DNA of 32,000 nucleotides from Okeania sp. (GTDB lineage Bacteria; Cyanobacteriota; Cyanobacteriia; Cyanobacteriales; Microcoleaceae): NCBI RefSeq assembly GCF_035285525.1, contig NZ_JAYKGW010000006.1, positions 1 to 32,000 of the forward strand, read 5' to 3'. Shown piece by piece: positions 25,916 to 32,000 of this stretch (position 1 is its first letter; each line of letters starts with the position of its first letter). The notes under the pieces were generated by a model. It saw only the letters and a program-made list of their open reading frames with translations, ran no database searches and was not told where the DNA came from. The position numbers and the translations under genes were made by a program.

Positions 25916-26300
25916 TATATTAATATTTGGGAGCTTACCTTAAAAAGGTAATATTGTCAATGGATATTTTCATATTCTTAGGAGTTACCCATAAACACTA
26001 TTGTTAGTGAATTGTTTCAGCTAAAACTGTGAAATAGATTTTTGTTTCTAGGTGTCTTTTTCTCCCCACCCCTTCCCATACTTCCCACACTTCCCATCTA
26101 ATTGACCATTTTAAAACTAAACAATGCAGTAGTAGATTGACAAACCTTAAACCCAACAAAAATGTTGCTCCCCGACTTCCCAAATGCAAATGCACACTCA
26201 TTAGCTGTCTCGGTCCAGTAGGCTGTGTTTCGCTGCGCGACATGAATACACTCGCATTCCCTATACGAAAAAGCGCACAACGCACAACGCACCAAGACTC

Positions 26301-26459
26301 TATAGAACCCCTAAACTGATCTATAAAATTAGTGGGGGAGTGGGGGAGATAGTGTATAATAGAGGTATTTTTATACTTTTTTATCTATTCTATTTCTTGA
26401 AATCCTGACTCCTGTCTTTAAATCCTCACTTTTGCAAAGATACGCTTAGGGGTTCTATA
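26301..26459. mobile_element. MITE with TATAGAACCCCTAA / TTAGGGGTTCTATA ends carrying an STRR tract
   Basis: Same ends and layout as 1458-1629. Internal gtgggggagtgggggagat. Confidence 0.6.
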
Positions 26460-26519
26460 TATATTGCCTTTCGGTAAGTCCTTTCCACAATTAATAATTA
26501 ACAATTAATAGTTAATTAT

Positions 26520-26781
26520 TAGGGTTTGCGCTTTTTCAGTCTTTTAATAGCAGGGAGAATCCAGAATCCTGTAATCCTGCAATCCAGGAGTCAGGAGAAT
26601 TACACAAGAGGTAGGAGGAAGAATTATCAAAGTGATTTACGGTTCCCGAAAAATCGGCTAATTATGGCAGAAAATCCTAGACTTTTGAGCTTGAGAGGCT
26701 TAAAGGCTGATACTTTTGACCTACCTAAAAATGCTAAAAGGTTTATCTGTAAAGACTTTCATCTTTAATCAGCCAGCCCTA
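26520..26781. mobile_element. MITE-like element with TAGGGTTTGCGCT...AGCCAGCCCTA ends
   Basis: Sister of 19337-19612. It fully contains the spurious ORF 26526-26768. Confidence 0.5.
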
Positions 26782-26992
26782 ATTACCTCTTGTTATAAAA
26801 AACCAGAATTGAGAAAAAGTTGATTCGCTAGGTTATATAACACTTACGGAGCAACCATACATATGGTGCTTAAAACCCCATACGCAATCGTTAAAAAACT
26901 CTATATACAGTACCAGTACCTTTGCGTAAGTCCTGTTATAATGAGTGGCTAAGTGATTTGTTAGTGATAAAAATTTTGTTAAGGGGGTAATC

Positions 26993-29900
26993 TTGGACAA
27001 TATTTTTGAGCCAGAATCCGGCAAATTTGGGCTAGAATTTGGAGACCCCATGTTAGCTGGGATAAATGAAACTAATAATGAGTTGCGATTTGCTAGTGGT
27101 ACAGAATCGAGTGTAGCTAGCTCGGAGCTAAAAATTGAAAATATAGATACAGGCAATGATGATTTATTGTTGCCTCAGAATACCCCGGGAAAAGTGGGTT
27201 TAACTAAGTCTGAAGAGTCACAAAAGAAGACCTCAACCGATAAAGAAGACTCACTAACAGGAAAAGGGAATGATGTAGCTGAACAAGTCGATACCCTAAC
27301 TGGTGAGACATCTAATGAAATAGAAATACAAACTAGGTCTGCTAAAAAAGATAAAGCAGGTAATAGCCGGAAAAAAGCCTATAACTTCGGAGTCTTGAAT
27401 GATGATGAGAAGTTAAAAGAATATGTAGGTAGGTCAGACAAGAAAGACTATTATAAGTTCAAAGTTAAGGAGAAGACAGATGTAGATATTGATTTGCGTG
27501 GTCTCAGTGGAAATGCAGATTTGTATTTGGAGAATAATAAGGGTAAGGTTCTGGAAAAGTCTACCAAAAGTGGCAAGAAAGCAGAAAACATTGAGCGCAC
27601 TTTAAACCCAGGAACTTATTATGTGAGAGTGCAGCCAAAGGGTAACGCAAATGCTAATTACACTTTGAGTTTGGATGGTAAGTTGCCAGATATCGCCGGT
27701 AATAGTCTGAAGAAGGCTCACAACTTGGGAGTGTTGAAGGATGATGAACAGTTACAGGAATTTGTCAGTAAGTTAGACAAGAAAGACTATTATAAGTTCA
27801 AAGTTAAGGAGAAGACAGATGTAGATATTGATTTGAGTGGTCTCAGTGGAAATGCAGATTTGTATTTGGAGAATAATAAGGGTAAGGTTCTGGAAAAGTC
27901 TACCAAAAGTGGCAAGAAAGCAGAAAATATTGAGCGCACTTTAAACCCAGGAACTTATTATGTGAGAGTGCAGCCAAAGGGTAACGCAAATGCTAATTAC
28001 ACTTTGAGTTTCGGTGTCGAGTCCCCCGATGAAAACTTACCATATTTATTAAGCACACCTCTTCTAGACCCTGAAGTTCAAAAAAATGATAACTCCTCCT
28101 TTGCTTTTACAACACCTGTAGACTTGCCTTCTAGTTTCGACTTGAGGGAAGAGGGTGCTGTAACCCCTGTGAGAGACCAGGGCAGTTACGGCTCTTGCTG
28201 GGCATTTGCCAGCTATGCCTCTTTAGAAAGTTCTATCCTTAAAGCAAGTGGAACTGAGGTCGATCTTTCTGAAAATCACCTGAAAAACCATAACGGATTT
28301 GAGTGGAGAATACCAGTAGGTGGTACCCAAGAACAGCCAGGAGAAGGCGGTAATCATAGTATGAGCATCGCTTATTTGAGTCGCGGTGATGGTCCGGTTA
28401 ACGAAGCCGACGATCCTTACAAAGAATATAAAGACTACCCCGGTCAAGAGGGAACACCAAAATACTATGTAGATAATATGCTCATCTTTGATACAGATAC
28501 AGAGATGAAGCAAGGTTTAATAGATTACGGTGCCCTATACACGACTATGGCGATTGACTACAGCAGTTTCTCCAAAGATAAGACAACCTATTACTTCTCT
28601 GGTGGTGAGCCAGATGGCTATCATGCAGTGGCAATTGTAGGTTGGGATGATAACAAGGCGATACCTGGAGCATCAGAAGAGGGTGCGTGGCTTTGTAAAA
28701 ATAGTTGGGGAGCAGATTGGGCTGACGATGGCTATTTTTGGATATCTTACCAAGATGTAGCGGGAGCAAATATAGGGATATCTTTCAATGATGCTACTGC
28801 TGCCAGCAATTTTAACAATATCTACTATCACGACGAATTTGGTCAAGTAAGTACATTCAACTCTCCCTATGCTCTCAATGCCTTTACTGCCAAAGAAAAC
28901 GAAGCCTTAAGTGCAATTGGTTTTTACACTCAAGCTGATAGTGCTATATACAATATCAAAGTCTATGATGATTTTGACAACGGTAAACCTTCCCAACTGC
29001 TGGCAGAAACAAGGGGTAATGCGGCTTATGCTGGTTATCATACAGTTGATCTAAATAGCTTAGTTAATTTGACAGCAGGAGAAGACTTCTACATCTACCT
29101 TCAAATAGAAAATGGTGGAAACTATCCTCAAGCTATTGACCAAAAGAGTTATAATTCCCCAGATAGCACTGCCAAAAAGGGTGAGAGCTATTATAGTAAC
29201 GATGGTAAAACTTGGACAGATTTGACAACTTGGGATAGCACAGCAAATTTTTCCATTAAAGCTTTGACGACTGAGACTGTAAAGTCAGAGGACTTTATTA
29301 CTGTTAACTCCCCAAATGGTGGTGATACCCTAGAACCAGGAAAAAGCTACAATATCACTTGGAATGACAACATCAGTGAGGATGTTCTTATCTACTTGTA
29401 CGAAAATAACGAGGATGATAGCATTATAACTTACTCAACTCCTAGTGATGGTAGTTACGATTGGAAAGTACCGACAAACTTAGCTAGTGGTAGCACTTAT
29501 AAAATTGCAATTCAGAGTTCAGTTAATGGTGAAATTTATGACTACAGTGATGACTTCTTTACTATTAAAGCAAGTGATTTTATTACAGTCAACTCGCCTA
29601 ATGGTGGTAATACCTTAAAATCAGGAGAAAGTTACAATATTACTTGGAGTGACAACATCAGCGAGGATATTCGTATCTACTTGTACGAAAATAACGAGTA
29701 TGATCGTATGATAACTGACTCAACTGCTAGTGATGGTAGCTACAACTGGAAAGTACCGACAAACTTAGATAGTGGTAGCACTTATCAAATTGCGATACAG
29801 AGTGTAGTTAATGGAGAGATTTACGACTACAGTGACAACGCTTTCACGATTCAAGCAAATGATTTCATTACGGTTAACTCACCGAATGGAGGTAATACTC

Positions 29901-30496
29901 TAGAACCAGGAAAAAGCTACAACATCACTTGGAGTGACAACATCAGCGAGGATGTTCTTATTTACTTGTACGAAAATAACGAGTATGATAGCATTATAAC
30001 TTACTCAACTTCTAGTAATGGAAGTTACAACTGGAAAGTACCGACCAACTTAGCTAGTGGTAGCACTTATAAAATTGCGATTCAGAGCGCGGTTAATGGT
30101 GATATTTACGACTTCAGTGACAACTTCTTTACTATTAAACCTGATGATTTAAATTCTAATAGATACTACTTTACCTACTCTTATAATGTAGATGATTCCT
30201 ATAATGGTTACTTTTACGAAAAACCAGGAACCTACTCTTTAGGTGATGTCTTAGACAGCGGTAGTGGTGTCTACGAGATATGGGATGTTGAAAGTGGTGT
30301 AGGTAATAAAAACGACATTGGCGATGTTTACGTTTATTCCTACAACGATACTAACTATACTGGTGGTAATTACGAACCATTCTTCTGGACATGGGGATTA
30401 CCAGCAGGTATAAATGGTTTAGGTAGTGAGTATGATCAAATATTAGGTTTCTTTGGTTATGACTATTTTGACCCCTATGATGAAGCTGATGGTTAA
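26993..30496 (+). CDS. Large multidomain papain-like (C1) cysteine peptidase: 2 x PPC pre-peptidase domains, C1 catalytic domain, lectin-like domain, 3 x Ig-like repeats, Tyr/Gly/Asp-rich tail
   Basis: Catalytic Cys in DQGSYGSCWAFAS (codon at 28196), His in GYHAVAIVGWDD (28622), then NSWG..WADDGYFWISY. PPC motif DYYKFKV...ADLYL...GTYYVRV...NYTLS occurs twice. The TTG start at 26993 is preceded by AAGGGGG; the alternative ATG is at 27050. Confidence 0.85.
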   Translation: MDNIFEPESGKFGLEFGDPMLAGINETNNELRFASGTESSVASSELKIENIDTGNDDLLLPQNTPGKVGLTKSEESQKKTSTDKEDSLTGKGNDVAEQVDTLTGETSNEIEIQTRSAKKDKAGNSRKKAYNFGVLNDDEKLKEYVGRSDKKDYYKFKVKEKTDVDIDLRGLSGNADLYLENNKGKVLEKSTKSGKKAENIERTLNPGTYYVRVQPKGNANANYTLSLDGKLPDIAGNSLKKAHNLGVLKDDEQLQEFVSKLDKKDYYKFKVKEKTDVDIDLSGLSGNADLYLENNKGKVLEKSTKSGKKAENIERTLNPGTYYVRVQPKGNANANYTLSFGVESPDENLPYLLSTPLLDPEVQKNDNSSFAFTTPVDLPSSFDLREEGAVTPVRDQGSYGSCWAFASYASLESSILKASGTEVDLSENHLKNHNGFEWRIPVGGTQEQPGEGGNHSMSIAYLSRGDGPVNEADDPYKEYKDYPGQEGTPKYYVDNMLIFDTDTEMKQGLIDYGALYTTMAIDYSSFSKDKTTYYFSGGEPDGYHAVAIVGWDDNKAIPGASEEGAWLCKNSWGADWADDGYFWISYQDVAGANIGISFNDATAASNFNNIYYHDEFGQVSTFNSPYALNAFTAKENEALSAIGFYTQADSAIYNIKVYDDFDNGKPSQLLAETRGNAAYAGYHTVDLNSLVNLTAGEDFYIYLQIENGGNYPQAIDQKSYNSPDSTAKKGESYYSNDGKTWTDLTTWDSTANFSIKALTTETVKSEDFITVNSPNGGDTLEPGKSYNITWNDNISEDVLIYLYENNEDDSIITYSTPSDGSYDWKVPTNLASGSTYKIAIQSSVNGEIYDYSDDFFTIKASDFITVNSPNGGNTLKSGESYNITWSDNISEDIRIYLYENNEYDRMITDSTASDGSYNWKVPTNLDSGSTYQIAIQSVVNGEIYDYSDNAFTIQANDFITVNSPNGGNTLEPGKSYNITWSDNISEDVLIYLYENNEYDSIITYSTSSNGSYNWKVPTNLASGSTYKIAIQSAVNGDIYDFSDNFFTIKPDDLNSNRYYFTYSYNVDDSYNGYFYEKPGTYSLGDVLDSGSGVYEIWDVESGVGNKNDIGDVYVYSYNDTNYTGGNYEPFFWTWGLPAGINGLGSEYDQILGFFGYDYFDPYDEADG
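27437..28006 (+). repeat. Intragenic 339-bp tandem duplication (two PPC domains), nearly identical over about 230 bp
   Basis: gacaagaaagactattataagttcaaagttaaggag... begins at 27437 and 27776. I saw only isolated mismatches (cgtggt/agtggt, aacatt/aatatt). Confidence 0.85.
29291..30145 (+). repeat. Intragenic 3 x 285-bp tandem repeat (95-aa Ig-like, Kre9/KNH-like domains)
   Basis: DFITVNSPNGG(D/N)TL(E/K)(P/S)G(K/E)SYNITW(N/S)DNISED units start at 29291, 29576 and 29861. Confidence 0.85.
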
Positions 30497-30731
30497 ATTT
30501 AGAGATTGATTTGTCTGGTGCTACATTCAGAGCGACATTACTCTAATTTCACATCTAGGCATTTTTTCTGTCTATGATGGCAAAGTTCAAATAATCTTTT
30601 TCTGGGAGCGATCGCGCCAGCGGTGCGGAACATTACTGCTCCTCCGAAACGAACCAAGTTTGAGGAGCGACACTTTTTTTCTAGGAGGAAAGGAGCCATA
30701 GTTAATTCCAACCAATCAAAACTATCTCTAA

Positions 30732-31598
30732 TTATCCATTATTTTCAGCAGTTTGTTGAACTTGTTCCACAGTTAAATCCAACCGTTGTGCTATTTCTTC
30801 AATAGTCAAGCCCAGTTCTAACAACATAGGAACTGTTAATAGTTTTCCCTCTTGTCTACCCTCTTGTCTACCCTCTTGTCTACCTTCTTCTCTGGCATAA
30901 TTTATTTTCCCTCTCTCGTCTTGCAACATCATCCCTCGTCGATCAAATTCCTCTAACTCTTCCGGGCTAAAATTAGCTCGATTAGCAATATATAAAGCAC
31001 TTTCAATTTCTGGAACTTCTCCTAAAGGTTTTGGTACTATATCCAACCTAGCAGTTTCTTTCAGAAAATAAATCCACTTATCACTTAAAGTCTCTAATTC
31101 ATCCAACTTTTTCTGAAACTTCGGCAACTCTAAAAATATTAGTTTCAGTTCTCCATTTTTATAGACAAAATCTTTAGTTTCTTCTTTAAACACAAACTTA
31201 TTAAGTGGGTCTTTAGTTTCATCAAACATATTAAAATCAGTAATTGTCACAGCTATGACTGGATTTAGCAGAAAATAAAGTTCACCTTTTTCTAATTGAT
31301 TAGCATAAGTTTTACAGAGATTATAAGCCACCCTTCTATCGAAAGCTTGCATCTTAGAAACTTGCATTTCAATAATCACTATTGAATCATCAGATAATGT
31401 AGCTTGAATATCTAAATAACTATCTTTTAAAGATTCTATTTGACTGGGATTATAGGGATTATTAATTGTTAAAGATTTGATGATATTTTCACCATCATAA
31501 ATAATAGCATTGAGAAAACTAATAAGTATTTGTTGAGATTGATTAGAACCAAATATTCTTTTAAAGGCATAATCAATTTTAGGACTGATAAATTTCAT
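30732..31598 (-). CDS. Rpn-family recombination-promoting nuclease / PD-(D/E)XK putative transposase
   Basis: 288 aa with MKFISPKIDYAFKRIFGSNQSQQILISFLNAI, DIQATLSDDSIVIIEMQV and a C-terminal EGRQ x 3 repeat. Confidence 0.85.
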   Translation of the reverse strand: MKFISPKIDYAFKRIFGSNQSQQILISFLNAIIYDGENIIKSLTINNPYNPSQIESLKDSYLDIQATLSDDSIVIIEMQVSKMQAFDRRVAYNLCKTYANQLEKGELYFLLNPVIAVTITDFNMFDETKDPLNKFVFKEETKDFVYKNGELKLIFLELPKFQKKLDELETLSDKWIYFLKETARLDIVPKPLGEVPEIESALYIANRANFSPEELEEFDRRGMMLQDERGKINYAREEGRQEGRQEGRQEGKLLTVPMLLELGLTIEEIAQRLDLTVEQVQQTAENNG

Positions 31599-31748
31599 AA
31601 TAGTAATAGTTAAAAGAGTTTGTGGTTGTATTGTAACAGAAAATTTCCAGGAATAAAAATTACGTTGACACTAAAAGAATTAAGAAAAAAATCTCAGAAC
31701 TTATCGGTAAGCGATCGCTCTTTACTGTTCCCATTTTTTTAAAATCAT

Positions 31749-31840
31749 CAGGACTTACGCAAAGGTACTATGTATAGAGTCAAAAAACTATTGCACAATA
31801 GTTTTGAACGCTACATATAGCTTCTCTCCGTAAGTCCTGA
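31749..31840. mobile_element. GGACTTACGC-type hairpin MITE
   Basis: caggacttacgcaaagg...ctctccgtaagtcctga. Interior close to the 9390-9481 copy. Confidence 0.6.
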
Positions 31841-32000
31841 TCATCCATCCCGAACATTTCTATGACTTCCTCTGGTTCTAAATTTTGAAATTTGTACAAA
31901 ATAACTGTTTTGACTAATTCTGCACTTTTTGCTTTTCAGTCCCTTGTGCTAGTTCTGTCGTTGCTTTGGCAGCTAACATTTTTGCCTGTTGTACTGCCAG
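31841..32000 (-). pseudogene. Remnant of an Rpn/DUF4351-like C-terminal region, frameshifted and cut by the MITE and the window edge
   Basis: The minus strand reads ELVKTVILYKFQNLEPEEVIEMFGMDD, resembling the (I/V)VYKF...(S)REEIE.M(F/L)G motif of cyanobacterial Rpn-like proteins. An upstream TGA and a frame change to AVQQAKMLAAKATTELAQG indicate decay. Confidence 0.35.

Noticed and set aside
26004-26319. Three overlapping ORFs of 60-93 aa on both strands
   Set aside because: They lie entirely in STRR sequence and the cgctgcgcgacat-type repeat family that also occurs at 1385-1450 and 4305-4370. They are mutually overlapping with no RBS.
26526-26768. 80-aa ORF
   Set aside because: It is fully contained in the TAGGGTTTGCG...AGCCAGCCCTA MITE-like element, whose sister copy at 19337-19612 has no matching ORF.
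6719-30805. Short ORFs antisense to or nested in confident genes (6719-6922, 7139-7330, 9294-9476, 9772-9960, 10048-10233, 12048-12257, 12770-12964, 21591-21794, 25044-25334, 26833-27156, 28223-28513, 28545-28769, 30623-30805)
   Set aside because: Each overlaps a longer ORF with clear family motifs on the other strand or frame, or a MITE. None has a recognisable motif or RBS.

Overview
The window looks like chromosomal DNA from a filamentous, Nostocales-type cyanobacterium. It is AT-rich and carries HIP1 (GCGATCGC) sites, STRR-like 7-9 nt tandem repeats and many hairpin MITEs with GGACTTACGCA-type ends. Two housekeeping anchors bracket a rearranged accessory region: ctaB (heme O synthase, 230-1225, +) and an ammonium transporter (23600-25264, -).

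The accessory region contains:
- a conserved hypothetical membrane protein;
- a DUF433/DUF5615 toxin-antitoxin pair;
- a compact six-gene metabolic cassette (5664-12174) with two diaminobutyrate-type aminotransferase paralogs, a DUF4392 cyclase-like protein, a TauD-like oxygenase, a FAH-fold enzyme and a methyltransferase;
- a tandemly amplified, partly decayed family of two P-loop NTPase types. T1 is soluble; its intact copy is 16400-17749. T2 is membrane-anchored with a six-Cys outside domain; its intact copy is 21341-23302.

Module boundaries are marked by repeated copies of the ctaB 3' tail plus terminator plus promoter, and by copies of the amt 5' end. This indicates several rounds of segmental duplication followed by deletion. 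A 3.6-kb ORF-free stretch (17750-21340) holds MITEs, microsatellites and a six-unit 100-123 bp tandem array.

Downstream of amt lie a 1167-aa multidomain papain-like (C1) peptidase with recent internal duplications, an Rpn/PD-(D/E)XK putative transposase, and a decayed relative of it at the window edge. I found no rRNA, tRNA or CRISPR array. All family assignments come from motif recognition by eye, not from searches.
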